Below are positions 38,550 to 48,867 of a DNA stretch of 64,000 nt, piece by piece. This stretch comes from Candidatus Anstonellales archaeon (GTDB lineage Archaea; Micrarchaeota; Micrarchaeia; Anstonellales; J096). Numbering within the stretch: the first letter of the stretch is position 1; each line of letters opens with the position of its first letter. Made by a program: the position numbers and the translations under genes. Under the pieces are notes generated by a model. The model made no database searches. It was not told where the DNA came from and saw only the letters and a list, made by a program, of their open reading frames with translations. The DNA lies in contig JAWAFD010000005.1 of the NCBI GenBank assembly GCA_038890745.1, forward strand, positions 1-64,000, written 5' to 3'.

Positions 38550-39563
38550 ATGTCCAACATAATTCTTGGGCTTACGGGTGAGAACTGCTCCGGAAAAACA
38601 ACTGTTGCTGAGTACTTAAAGAAAAGGGGCTTCTACTACCTTTCACTCTCTGATGTAATAAGGGAGGAGGTTACAAAGGAAGGAATGTCGCTTACAAGAG
38701 AAAACTTGGTGAAAAAAGGGAATGAGATGAGGAAAAGGTTTGGGGAGGGGGTTCTTGCAAAACTTACAATAAAGAAAATGGAGAAGGGTAAGAATTATGT
38801 TGTGGACTCAATAAGGAATCCGGGTGAGGTTGAGGAGCTTAAAAAACTGAAGAATTTTTATTTGATATATGTTAATGCTCCGGCTGAGGTTAGATTTGAG
38901 AGGATAAAGAAAAGGGGAAGGGAAGAAGACCCGCAAACCTTGGAGGAGTTTTTGAAACTAGAGAAGATGGAGGAGGAGAGCAGGGAGAGTTATAAACAGC
39001 AATTGAAAAAAACTGCGAAAATGGCTGATTTTACAATTCTAAACGATTCCACTTTGGAGAGGTTACAGGATAGCGTTGATGGTGTTTTGAAAAATATTCT
39101 TGGAAGGTTTGAATTTGAAAGGCCGGTTTGGGATGAGTACTTTATGAATATAGCGAAGGTCGTTTCTTCCCGAGCTAATTGCATAAAAAGGAAGATAGGT
39201 GCTGTTATTGTGAAGGATAAGAGAGTAATAAGCACGGGCTACAACGGAACTCCGAGAGGGGTTAAAAACTGCTATGAGGGAGGATGCCCTAGGTGCAATT
39301 CGTTTAGCGAGAGCGGAAAAAACTTAGAATCCTGTTTTTGCGCGCATGCTGAAGAGAACGCAATCGTCCAGGCAGCATACCATGGGGTAAGCGTGAAAGG
39401 AGGGGTGCTTTACACTACATACTCCCCTTGTCTATATTGCGCCAGAATGATAATAAATGCTGGAATTGTTGAAGTTGTTTATAATGAGCAGTATCCCCTT
39501 GCTGAGGACGCGCTTGAGTTGTTGAAAGCCGCTGGGGTAAAAGTAAGGGGGATGAGGGTTTAA
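38550..39563 (+). CDS. Fusion of a P-loop nucleotide kinase-like domain and a dCMP deaminase domain
   Basis: GLTGENCSGKTT and DSIRNP at the N-terminus; WDEYF, TGYNG, HAEEN, PCLYC at the C-terminus. Confidence 0.9.
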   Translation: MSNIILGLTGENCSGKTTVAEYLKKRGFYYLSLSDVIREEVTKEGMSLTRENLVKKGNEMRKRFGEGVLAKLTIKKMEKGKNYVVDSIRNPGEVEELKKLKNFYLIYVNAPAEVRFERIKKRGREEDPQTLEEFLKLEKMEEESRESYKQQLKKTAKMADFTILNDSTLERLQDSVDGVLKNILGRFEFERPVWDEYFMNIAKVVSSRANCIKRKIGAVIVKDKRVISTGYNGTPRGVKNCYEGGCPRCNSFSESGKNLESCFCAHAEENAIVQAAYHGVSVKGGVLYTTYSPCLYCARMIINAGIVEVVYNEQYPLAEDALELLKAAGVKVRGMRV

Positions 39564-39611
39564 AAGTTAGGTTTATAAATAGTTTATAGGAAAAATAAAT
39601 ATGGTGATTGT

Positions 39612-41282
39612 ATGGCAGAACCAAAAGAAAAATATCCTGTTGCGATAATGCCTGCAGATGCATTAGCATATGCTGAACCAAAACAAAAAAAGAGGATAAA
39701 AGAACAAAAAGAACAGCCAAAAAAAGAGATTAAAAAAACATATAACGAATTGAAGGTGGGCGATGAGGTTATTGTTTCCACTGATATGGGCGGTCCTTTT
39801 GGTAGGTATGATTTTCATGGAAAGGTCGTAAAAGTTACTGATTATGCGGTAATGATTGAAGCTCCTGTTACTGAGGAATGGAGAAATTATTGGAAGGCAA
39901 CTCTGCACAGCATGGCTCCAATACTACCAGTACCCTACTCTATACTCTTAGGGGAGCTTGGCACAGACCCGTTTGGTTTTTGGGACTGGATGAAAAAAAA
40001 TGCCGCGGATAAATTAGGAGGATGGGCATCTAGGATCGAAGTAAGACCAACAAAAAAGGGATCTGTTTTGAGATATATTCTATACAAAGGCGATATTGAG
40101 AAGGGATACGTAAAAGAGTTGAAAGTCGGGGGGGAAGCAAAAACTTATCCTGGTGAATATGGTGGCAAGCCAATCCCAGCACCCGAAATGTTAAAGGAAG
40201 AAAAGCCAAAAAAAACCGGGGTAGGAGGGGCAAGACCAAGGGTCGGAAGAAAGGCGGTTTCAAAAACTGAAATTGAAGAACTTGAGGGAAAAACAACAGA
40301 AGAACTTTTCAGCATGATTACACTGCAGTATGATGTGCCTGGAAAGTATAAGGGGTACAGCTATATGGGCGGTGCGAATGGTTTGCAGAGCGGGATAGAA
40401 GTTGCAATTGTCCAAATTTTGGCAAACAGACTTTTTGGAGCAAATTTACTGGTAAATGGAGTGTATGATGCAGAAACCATGGCTGCTGTTAAAGCACTCC
40501 AAGGAAGGGTAGGGGTTACGCAGGATGGGTATTTTGGAATTGATACCAAAACTGCACTTGGGGAATACTTAAAAATGAGGGCACCACCGAAAGAAGAGGA
40601 AGGGGAAGGGGGAGCTCCACCGGGAGAAAAACCAGTTGCTCCAACTCCAGGAGAAGCCGTGTTAGGAAGATTTGTCTTTACAAGAGAGATTGATAGGGAT
40701 TACGTAAAACCACCGAAAGGACCAACCCAACTGATGGACGAAAATTTCTATGTCAAGACAGATAGTGGATGGCTGACCGCAAAGGAGCTAGTAAGAAAAG
40801 ACCTAAATGAAATAGACAAAAACTGGGAGACAGATAAGGCCACAGCTGCAACTGTGGCATCAAAGGAGAACTGGAATACTAGAACGCTAACCAGAAAAAA
40901 TATTGGTGTATTCTCTTGGGCAAACACAAAAAAAGTTTTATTCCCATACCTATATGCAAGTGGACAGATGGTTGAATTTAGAACATGGGAACCACTGGAA
41001 ATCAAAAATGAGGAAGGAGAGGTAGTATTAAGAGTAGCTGCTGGGCAAGTTGTGCAAGGAGTAATCAGAGAATATGATGAAGGAGGAAAGGACGGGAGTA
41101 TTACAATGGAGGTTACCGCAGTATTAGATGATTTTACTGTTAATGGAGGAAAGCCAATAAAACCCAGCGGGGAAGAAACCAAACCCTCACCTGCTGTTGC
41201 AGCTATACCTACACCTACGGTTGCAGAAGGGGAGGAGGTATCTGATTTGCCGCCTCCGGCAGCAGAAAGGGACTATTCTTAA
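39612..41282 (+). CDS. Hypothetical protein with a peptidoglycan-binding-like (PG_binding_1) module
   Basis: EVAIVQ..A.....L.VNGVYDAETMAAVKALQ...GVTQDGYFGIDTKTAL. Confidence 0.7.
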   Translation: MAEPKEKYPVAIMPADALAYAEPKQKKRIKEQKEQPKKEIKKTYNELKVGDEVIVSTDMGGPFGRYDFHGKVVKVTDYAVMIEAPVTEEWRNYWKATLHSMAPILPVPYSILLGELGTDPFGFWDWMKKNAADKLGGWASRIEVRPTKKGSVLRYILYKGDIEKGYVKELKVGGEAKTYPGEYGGKPIPAPEMLKEEKPKKTGVGGARPRVGRKAVSKTEIEELEGKTTEELFSMITLQYDVPGKYKGYSYMGGANGLQSGIEVAIVQILANRLFGANLLVNGVYDAETMAAVKALQGRVGVTQDGYFGIDTKTALGEYLKMRAPPKEEEGEGGAPPGEKPVAPTPGEAVLGRFVFTREIDRDYVKPPKGPTQLMDENFYVKTDSGWLTAKELVRKDLNEIDKNWETDKATAATVASKENWNTRTLTRKNIGVFSWANTKKVLFPYLYASGQMVEFRTWEPLEIKNEEGEVVLRVAAGQVVQGVIREYDEGGKDGSITMEVTAVLDDFTVNGGKPIKPSGEETKPSPAVAAIPTPTVAEGEEVSDLPPPAAERDYS

Positions 41283-44182
41283 TCCTTTATTTTATATATT
41301 TTTACATTCTCATCCGGAGTAGTGTAAACAAGTTCAAACCCATCGAGCTCTTTCAGGAAAAATCCTTTGTATAGATTAGAATCATAAAACCTTCCTTTTC
41401 TATCCTTCCATCCATCCACAACCGTTCCGTTCTCAAGCCAAACCTTATCCTTTGTGTACACAAGGGTATAAACATCATACCCGCCAGATGAGGTTTTTCC
41501 ATCATACAAAAGGAATGCCTTATTTAGGAGGAGCTCGCCTGCTTCATTTTTTCTATCTAAATAGTATGTTGCAGGTATCTCGTTCCCATTCGCGAGCGTG
41601 GTTGTGGAGAGGCAGTAGAAAGGCTTGAGAGAGCTCTGAATGCCTGATGGGGTTTCAACGGCACTGATTACATACGCGATCCTTCCTTTCTTTCCTGTAA
41701 CGGGTGAAATGGTACATTCCTGATTTGAAACATACATCTGCTCCCAACTATTCTCAAATTCACACAAGCTTGAGCCAGGCCATTTTGAAACATCCGTAAG
41801 GTTTGCATGGGAGCACGCCAAATAATTCAATGCCCCGAATTTTCCTCCAAAATGTCCTCCTGTGAATATTAGTTCAGAATCGAAAAGGGCATACTCTGCA
41901 CCATACTCTTTCATCGTCTCTTTTAGCGCAGGCTCGCTTTCCATTATGAATGCATACGCAACATGCGTAATCATATCGTGGTAGGCATGCTCATTTCTTA
42001 TCACGGCATTCCTCAGGGCAAAAAAGTTCTCCCAATGCCCATAATCCCACCAGCTTATTATTCTTGAACCCTCCGGAGTGTTGTGCCTAAGCCATTCCAT
42101 AGAATCTATCCAGTATGGGGCAACCCTCTGGCATCTTATGGTCGCGGCAAGCTGCTCTGATGACGAAGGAGAGGTTGGGTTTGAGATAAGAGAGTATACG
42201 CACAATCCATAATCAAACTGGTAGTTTATTCCTTTGTTTGAGTATGCAATTGGGTCCTGGGCTGCTTCGCATGCTTGGGTTAACCCAAGGGAGCAGAGGT
42301 TTGCCATTTTTGATTGGAGTGCTAGGGGGTTGTCCTGAAATCTTACTTTATATGAATTGAATAGAAGCGGGCCTGTGTATGAAGCAGGGTCAAGGAAGCC
42401 CTCAAACAGAACAACAAAAAGCCCAAATGCAACGAGCCCATGGAAGATTTTTTTCTTAGAATTTTCATCCTTTGCAAAACCCGAGAGCATGTGCTCAAAT
42501 TCTCCAAGTACTACTCCAAGAGACATGGCAAGAAAATATCCCATGTAGATTGTGTATTTTGCTTTTATTATGCCAACAAGAGAGACAGGAAAAACTATTG
42601 CAAGGAAAAGAACGATTAGGCTGTCTTCACCCTTCACAAATTTTCTATAAAGTGCGTATCCAGAAGCAACGAGAACTAGAAATATGAAAAACATAAGAAA
42701 GCTCACATCCTTATCCTCATACACAAGCGAGGATTCGAATATTGTGTTTGCAATCCCAACACCTATGTGATACATGGTATTAACGAACGAAGTAAATATG
42801 CTGAAAAATCCGTACAAAACATCCTGTTCTGAAAATGTTTTCCCCAAAAATCCAAGAGAGCCGTAGAAGCTTCCTCCTGCAAGACCCTGCTCCTGGATTG
42901 TTCTGTGGAGAGGGAGTGTATACTGGGCGACTTGGAGGGAGTTTGAGGCAATGCTTTTGACAATATCGCCGAATGGAGTAAAAAAGAATGCTATCACAAG
43001 AACAGCCATAGCAATTCCTGCATAATTCATAATTTTTGATTTATCAAGGGAATAGGTTTTTTCAAAGTAGAGGAGAGCGGCCATAAACGCAACAACCCCG
43101 AAAAGGGCATAGCTCAGACTTCCGCCAAAATCAAAAACAAACCTTGCATTTGTATATGTTGAGTTAAGGGTTGAGGAAATGATAAGAGCAAGAAGGACAA
43201 TTCCGTTTATGATAACTGGCACAAGGCTTTTCTCCCCTTTCATGAAAATATGGATAGCATGAATTGGGATGAAAATTAGGAGGGCTGAGAGAGCAACAAC
43301 TATGGAGGAGGAACCAAAGTATATTGCAACAATAGCAAGGGCTGAGAGAATGGCAAACAGCAGGTCTCTGTTTTTTATCGCGAGCGCGTAGGACGCAAAA
43401 AAGAATGAAACCGAGAAGAATGCATATGGCTGGATCTCAAACTCGCCTCCCATTGTTTTTATAACAAATATTGGGATAAAAGAAGCGAGGAACGCTGCAA
43501 GAAGGGAATATTCCCTTCTGTATTCTGATGATAGGAAGATGTAAAGAAAGAATACCGCAAGGGCTGCTGCTATGGGAGGGTAGATGCTGCAAACAGCAGA
43601 GAGAAGGTAATTATCTGCTTTTCCCCCCCATGTATAGAATGAATACCACTCCGCCTCCAAAAATGAAAGGACTGGCTTTACCCTGTGATGGACCTCATGA
43701 GGCCACCATGCTGTTCCATCATTGAAAGGAGCATACCCTTTTGTAAGATAGAGGTATGGCTCGTATGCATAATAGTAAGGGTCAAGCTCCTGATAGATCG
43801 GTCCATAGCTCTGCAACCTTATCCAGAATGCGAGGATTACGAGTAGTATGATCCCTAGAAAAACCCATCTGTTTTCCATGGCTTCGTTTTTTATTCCGCT
43901 CAGTCCTTCAAACCCTTTTTTATAATAAAAAACTGCTATCGAGATCGCATAGAATATAAGGGTTGTGGTAAAGGCAAGGTTGAAAGAGTAGTTTATCCCG
44001 GCGAGCTGGGCAAGGAATATAATAAGTGGTGGGAGAATGATCCCAAGCGCAAAACCAAACCCTATTTTTTCTATTAAAAGAAGCTTTTTTTCCTTAAGAA
44101 TGCCCAGGGCAAGCAGAACGCCTGGAATAAAGTTTGCCAGAAATACCCATAGCAAAAGATAGAACGGATTGAACGAAAACAT
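41279..44182 (-). CDS. aglB: Oligosaccharyltransferase (STT3/AglB)
   Basis: ELDPYY, TIQEQ, SWWDYGHW motifs; multi-TM N-terminal half. Confidence 0.92.
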   Translation of the reverse strand: MFSFNPFYLLLWVFLANFIPGVLLALGILKEKKLLLIEKIGFGFALGIILPPLIIFLAQLAGINYSFNLAFTTTLIFYAISIAVFYYKKGFEGLSGIKNEAMENRWVFLGIILLVILAFWIRLQSYGPIYQELDPYYYAYEPYLYLTKGYAPFNDGTAWWPHEVHHRVKPVLSFLEAEWYSFYTWGGKADNYLLSAVCSIYPPIAAALAVFFLYIFLSSEYRREYSLLAAFLASFIPIFVIKTMGGEFEIQPYAFFSVSFFFASYALAIKNRDLLFAILSALAIVAIYFGSSSIVVALSALLIFIPIHAIHIFMKGEKSLVPVIINGIVLLALIISSTLNSTYTNARFVFDFGGSLSYALFGVVAFMAALLYFEKTYSLDKSKIMNYAGIAMAVLVIAFFFTPFGDIVKSIASNSLQVAQYTLPLHRTIQEQGLAGGSFYGSLGFLGKTFSEQDVLYGFFSIFTSFVNTMYHIGVGIANTIFESSLVYEDKDVSFLMFFIFLVLVASGYALYRKFVKGEDSLIVLFLAIVFPVSLVGIIKAKYTIYMGYFLAMSLGVVLGEFEHMLSGFAKDENSKKKIFHGLVAFGLFVVLFEGFLDPASYTGPLLFNSYKVRFQDNPLALQSKMANLCSLGLTQACEAAQDPIAYSNKGINYQFDYGLCVYSLISNPTSPSSSEQLAATIRCQRVAPYWIDSMEWLRHNTPEGSRIISWWDYGHWENFFALRNAVIRNEHAYHDMITHVAYAFIMESEPALKETMKEYGAEYALFDSELIFTGGHFGGKFGALNYLACSHANLTDVSKWPGSSLCEFENSWEQMYVSNQECTISPVTGKKGRIAYVISAVETPSGIQSSLKPFYCLSTTTLANGNEIPATYYLDRKNEAGELLLNKAFLLYDGKTSSGGYDVYTLVYTKDKVWLENGTVVDGWKDRKGRFYDSNLYKGFFLKELDGFELVYTTPDENVKIYKIKD

Positions 44183-44215
44183 GGGAGAAAACAGAACAAA
44201 AAAATATTTAAACCG

Positions 44216-45220
44216 CTATGATTGGGCGAGCAGGAGCGCATCCTCTCTCTCAGCAACTTCTGGTTGTGTTGCAAACATATACGGAGATTTCACTCCGCTA
44301 ACTATCGCAGTCACAACAACACTATCCTCACTCATGGATGGGTTTACCCGTGCGCCGAGCTTAACCTCTGCATCAGGAGAAAAACTAATGGTCATGAGCT
44401 CGCCTATCCGTATTGCCTCCCCAAGGGTAAGTTTTGGGCTTCCCTCAACATGCACAAGGGCTCCTTTTGCATCCTCATAATCCACCTCCAAAAGTGGATG
44501 GGTCAGGGTATTTTTCACGGCCTCTTCAATCTTATTCGGACCTCTTCCCTCCCCCAAACTTATCATGGAAAGACCTTTCCTTGCCATAACTGCCTTAAAA
44601 TCGGCAAAATCCATGTTTAGCATGGATGGGAGGACTATAGAATCTGAAATTCCCTTCACCGCCCTTCCAACTATGCTGTCGGCAAGCTCAAACGCTTGAT
44701 TGAGAGGAAGGTCTGGAAAATATTGGACTAGCCTGTTATTATCTATCACAACAACCGTATCACAAACCCCCATGAGTTTTTTTATACCCATCTGCGCTGT
44801 TTTTATCCTAGACCTTTCAAGCGCAAAAGGATAGGTGACCATTCCGATTACTATTGCTCCTTTTTCCTTTGCAACATCTGCAACTATGGGTGCAGCACCT
44901 GTTCCTGTTCCGCCGCCCATTCCCGCGCATATGAAAACAAGCTCGTTATCCCCTATTCTTTCAGAAATAAGCTTTCTGTCTTCCTCAGCGCATTTTTTTG
45001 CAACATCCGGCATCCCGCCTGCACCGAGGCCTTTTGTAATCTTTTTCCCAATAAGAATCTTCTCGTCAGCGTGAATGAATTTTAGATGTCTTGCATCAGT
45101 GTTTACTGCAATTGTTCGCGCGCTTTCTATTCCTGCTCTCTTCAACCTGCTGACCGCATTGCTTCCCGCTCCACCAACTCCGATCACTGCGATTCGCACA
45201 TCTGCATTGTTCGCTGCCAT
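44216..45220 (-). CDS. ftsZ: Cell division protein FtsZ
   Basis: GVGGAGSN, GLGAGG, GMGGGTGTG, IDNNRL, NMDFAD. Confidence 0.95.
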   Translation of the reverse strand: MAANNADVRIAVIGVGGAGSNAVSRLKRAGIESARTIAVNTDARHLKFIHADEKILIGKKITKGLGAGGMPDVAKKCAEEDRKLISERIGDNELVFICAGMGGGTGTGAAPIVADVAKEKGAIVIGMVTYPFALERSRIKTAQMGIKKLMGVCDTVVVIDNNRLVQYFPDLPLNQAFELADSIVGRAVKGISDSIVLPSMLNMDFADFKAVMARKGLSMISLGEGRGPNKIEEAVKNTLTHPLLEVDYEDAKGALVHVEGSPKLTLGEAIRIGELMTISFSPDAEVKLGARVNPSMSEDSVVVTAIVSGVKSPYMFATQPEVAEREDALLLAQS

Positions 45221-45264
45221 CGGGATCACCGGTCGCAAAAACAAAAAATAAAAAAGAAAAAAAG

Positions 45265-46347
45265 TTAGAGGAGGTCAAGGTCGCCTGAGTAGGCTGGTGC
45301 TGGAAGCGCCTCTTCCTGTGGGAACTGCCCAAGGATGCTTGCGCCCCTTACGCCAGTAACTATCGCAACGATCTCAAGCTTCCCCTCATAGTTGTTCATT
45401 ATCCTTGCTCCCCATTTTACATTTGCCTCCGCGTCCATCTGCTCTGTGATAATCTCTCCTGCTTTTATGGCATCGCCGAGAGTTAGGTCGCTCCCTCCTG
45501 AGATGTGGATGAGCGCGCCCTTCGCTCCCTCAAAACTTACATCAAGAAGCCTGTTCTTCAAAACGCTTTCTGCAGCAGATTTTACCCTGTCTGCTCCTTT
45601 TCCTTCTCCAACAGCAATGAAACCTACTCCTCCTCCTTTCATGATCGCCCGTACATCTGCAAAATCTATGTTTATGAGGGATGGCTGGGTGATCGTCCAC
45701 ACCAAACCTGAGATCGCACGCGCCAAGATTTCATCCGCAACCGCAAAAGCCTCTGTCATCGGAAGGTTTGGGACAAGTTGAACAAGCCTGTTGTTATCCA
45801 AAATTATTACAGAATCGCAGTGCTCCCTAAGTTTTTTTATGCTCTCATCAGCTTTCTTTCTTCTCGCCCTTTCAAGAGCGAATGGGTACGTAACCATGGC
45901 AACTGTAATCGCACCCTGCTCCTTTGCTACCTCAGCAACTGTCGGTGCTGCTCCGCCACCCGTTCCTCCACCCATTCCTGCGCATATGAAAACCAGATGC
46001 GCACCTTCAAGCTCCTTTTCTATCAGATGCCTGTCCACTTCAGCCGCTTTTTCACCGATATCGGGATATCCACCTGCACCAAGTCCTTTTGTAATGCTCT
46101 TTCCAATCAACACCTTTTTCGCCCTTTCATGCACAATGTTTAGGTGCTGCTGGTCTGTGTTTATTGCCACAAGGTCTGTTCCCTTTACCCCTGCCTTCAC
46201 CAATCTGTTTATGGTATTGTTTCCGGCTCCTCCGACCCCGCAGGTAACGATCTTTATGTGCTCGTTACCCAAGTCTTCCTCCTCCTTTGCCTCTGTTTTT
46301 GAAGAGGCGTTCAAGACATCTTTTATCAAACTATCCATCCTGGTCAC
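45265..46347 (-). CDS. ftsZ: Cell division protein FtsZ
   Basis: GVGGAGNN, GLGAGG, GMGGGTGGG, LDNNRL, NIDFAD. Confidence 0.95.
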   Translation of the reverse strand: MTRMDSLIKDVLNASSKTEAKEEEDLGNEHIKIVTCGVGGAGNNTINRLVKAGVKGTDLVAINTDQQHLNIVHERAKKVLIGKSITKGLGAGGYPDIGEKAAEVDRHLIEKELEGAHLVFICAGMGGGTGGGAAPTVAEVAKEQGAITVAMVTYPFALERARRKKADESIKKLREHCDSVIILDNNRLVQLVPNLPMTEAFAVADEILARAISGLVWTITQPSLINIDFADVRAIMKGGGVGFIAVGEGKGADRVKSAAESVLKNRLLDVSFEGAKGALIHISGGSDLTLGDAIKAGEIITEQMDAEANVKWGARIMNNYEGKLEIVAIVTGVRGASILGQFPQEEALPAPAYSGDLDLL

Positions 46348-46500
46348 CTCGCAGAGGTCTTAAAACATATATTTATATAGTTTATTTTTTTCGTCGAAGA
46401 ATAGAATACACATTTTTCAACCAAAACTATCCACTTCCACTAATCCAAGACGAAAAATATTTAAATGTATTTATTGAATGCATTTATTGAGGCGATCAGG

Positions 46501-46731
46501 ATGGTGCGGGTAATCACTATTAGGGATGATGTGTACGCAAAGCTGAATAAGCTGAAAAAATCAAAGGGAATGAGTTTCTCTGAAGCAATAGACTACCTTG
46601 TTTCTGTTTCGCAGGAGAAGAGGACAGATTCAAGCATAATGGAGTTTGCCGGTGTTCTTGGGCCTAAGGATGTTGATGAGAGGGAGTTTATTACACTGAA
46701 GAGGTGGCTGGATGGCAAAAATCTGCCTTGA
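46501..46731 (+). CDS. VapB-type antitoxin
   Basis: MVRVITIRDDVYAKL..LK...MSFSEAI..L...FAGVL; overlaps the PIN gene. Confidence 0.85.
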   Translation: MVRVITIRDDVYAKLNKLKKSKGMSFSEAIDYLVSVSQEKRTDSSIMEFAGVLGPKDVDEREFITLKRWLDGKNLP

Positions 46732-47083
46732 TTCTGACATAATCCTAGATTTTTTGGAGGGAAGGAAGGCAACAATAGAGAAATTAAAACATTACATTGA
46801 AAAGGAGGAGATAGTCACAACAAGCGTTGTGATGTTTGAGGTTCTCTCTAGCGTAAAATCAATTGCGCCTGTGCTCAGGTTTATGGAGCAGCTGGATATT
46901 TTGGTTTTTGATAAGCAGAGCGCTGAGCTTGCATCAAAATTATACAGGGATGGAATGAAAGAAGGGATAAGGATACCTTCGCGTGCGATAATAAACGCGG
47001 CTATATGTATGAGGAACGATGCCTTTCTTCTTACAAAAAACAGGAATGAATATGAAGGGATAAAGGGGCTGAAGGTTGTTTAA
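46712..47083 (+). CDS. VapC/PIN-domain toxin
   Basis: ICLDSDIILDFL, FEV, LLTKN..EYE.I.GL; the usual acidic residue in the D..IAA motif appears replaced (SRAIINAA). Confidence 0.85.
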   Translation: MAKICLDSDIILDFLEGRKATIEKLKHYIEKEEIVTTSVVMFEVLSSVKSIAPVLRFMEQLDILVFDKQSAELASKLYRDGMKEGIRIPSRAIINAAICMRNDAFLLTKNRNEYEGIKGLKVV

Positions 47084-47086
47084 AAA

Positions 47087-48808
47087 CTATTTTCTCCTCT
47101 GAATCCCGAACATCTCCTCTATCTCCCTTGTTGTCGTAGCCTCATCTGGCGCTTTATCATTTCTCAACCTTACCATCCTAGGAAATCTAAGCGCATACCC
47201 TTTCTCTCCATGCAAACCTGCTGTGTGGAGAGGGCTTTCTGTTATTTCATCAAAGGCAACCTCTATCACATATTTTGGCTCTACCCAGAAATCAGGCTTT
47301 ATTCTGTAAACCAAATCCTCGGGTGGCTCTTTTGTTTTTATCTCGCTCAGCAACTCTTTCAGCATCCTCATCTCCTCCTCAGTATATCCGGAGCCGATCT
47401 TTGCAATTGTTTCGAGCTTCCCGCTGTCCTCATTCCTAACCGCAACAAGAAGTCCTCCAAACTCAAACTCTGCCCTCGCTCCTTTTCCCAAATAATACCC
47501 AACGATCACCGCATCCACAGTATCCACTGCCTTCCCATAGCTCTTTTTCAACTTTATCCATGCAAACTTTCTTTTTCCGGCTGTGTATGGCGCGTTAAGG
47601 TCTTTTGCAACTATCCCCTCTAATCCCTTATTTATAGAATCGTTGAAAAATTCTTCCAGTTTTTTTGGGTTGTCTGTTTCTATGCTCTCAGCAACTTCAA
47701 GGATTCCTGATGGGAAAACCTTTTTGAGCGCATTCCTCCTTTCTTTATACGGCTTTGTTGTGTAATCCTCCCCGTTAAGATAAAGAAGGTCAAAAACAAA
47801 AACATACAGCGGAAATTCTACGCTCGCCTTCTCTATTCCGTATTTTCTCCTCCTGTGCATAGTTTCCTGAAAAGAATAAAACCTGTTTTTCTTTTTGTTG
47901 AAAGCAAGCGCCTCTCCCTCAAAAATTATTTCATTTGTTTTTAATTTTTTTATTGCGTTAACAACATCCGGAAACATCGGTGTCATCACATCTAATCTTC
48001 GCGAGTATATCTGCACATTTATACCCTTTTTATGACATTGCATCCTAAACCCATCGTATTTTCTTTCCACCGCGCACCTTCCAATCTTTTTTATTATCTC
48101 CTCAGCTGATGCAAGCCTTTCTGCAAGGGCGGGCATAAGGGGTTTGAATGGCTGGATCTTGAACTTTGATATTTTTTTGTAATCCTCCATCGCTGTTCTC
48201 ACAACATATCCCAGATCAGAGCAAAGGTTGTACGCTCGCTCTATCTCCTCCCTTTTTTCCTTTGTTCCAAACAAAGCAACACTCAGCCCATCCAAAATGG
48301 TTGGGTCCCCCACCCCCAATCTTAATCTTCCCAAAACTATTCTTATGATATATTTTGCCTCTACTGGTTTTGAGTTGTTCAAAAGCTCCACAAGCATCTT
48401 TATTTTTGCTTCCTGACTTCCTGCACCGGATGCCTTCGCGATCTTAACGAGGATATCGTACACATACAAAACGCTGAGCTGTTTTGCAAAAAGAGACATC
48501 TGCTTTTTTGCTTTCAGGAGTTCTTCAGCAACCCTCCCCAAATCCCCTATCTCCTTGTATTTCTTTTCCACAACATTTTTAGGGTAGCCTGTGGATTGGG
48601 AGATTGCCTCTATTGCAAACCTCTCCCCAAGCCCTAAGTTCAGCCCCATGTAAGGTGGAGCCAACTGCCCTTGAAGGAGGTAGGAAATTTTCTCAGCTTC
48701 TTCTGGGTTTGTTTTTTTGAACATACCGGCGAGAAGGTCTGTCATCTCAAGCCTTCCGCTTTTTCCTTCTATCTCCTCAAATATTTTTGCCAGCTCGGCA
48801 AAGTTCAT
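47087..48808 (-). CDS. lig: ATP-dependent DNA ligase
   Basis: ERKYDGFRMQ, EGE, FDLLY, EGIVAK, WIKLK, LRFPR. Confidence 0.97.
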   Translation of the reverse strand: MNFAELAKIFEEIEGKSGRLEMTDLLAGMFKKTNPEEAEKISYLLQGQLAPPYMGLNLGLGERFAIEAISQSTGYPKNVVEKKYKEIGDLGRVAEELLKAKKQMSLFAKQLSVLYVYDILVKIAKASGAGSQEAKIKMLVELLNNSKPVEAKYIIRIVLGRLRLGVGDPTILDGLSVALFGTKEKREEIERAYNLCSDLGYVVRTAMEDYKKISKFKIQPFKPLMPALAERLASAEEIIKKIGRCAVERKYDGFRMQCHKKGINVQIYSRRLDVMTPMFPDVVNAIKKLKTNEIIFEGEALAFNKKKNRFYSFQETMHRRRKYGIEKASVEFPLYVFVFDLLYLNGEDYTTKPYKERRNALKKVFPSGILEVAESIETDNPKKLEEFFNDSINKGLEGIVAKDLNAPYTAGKRKFAWIKLKKSYGKAVDTVDAVIVGYYLGKGARAEFEFGGLLVAVRNEDSGKLETIAKIGSGYTEEEMRMLKELLSEIKTKEPPEDLVYRIKPDFWVEPKYVIEVAFDEITESPLHTAGLHGEKGYALRFPRMVRLRNDKAPDEATTTREIEEMFGIQRRK

Positions 48809-48867
48809 GGAGAGGTTTGAGGGATTGCATATTTAAACATTTTTGTTAATAATAATTGGGGGTAAGT

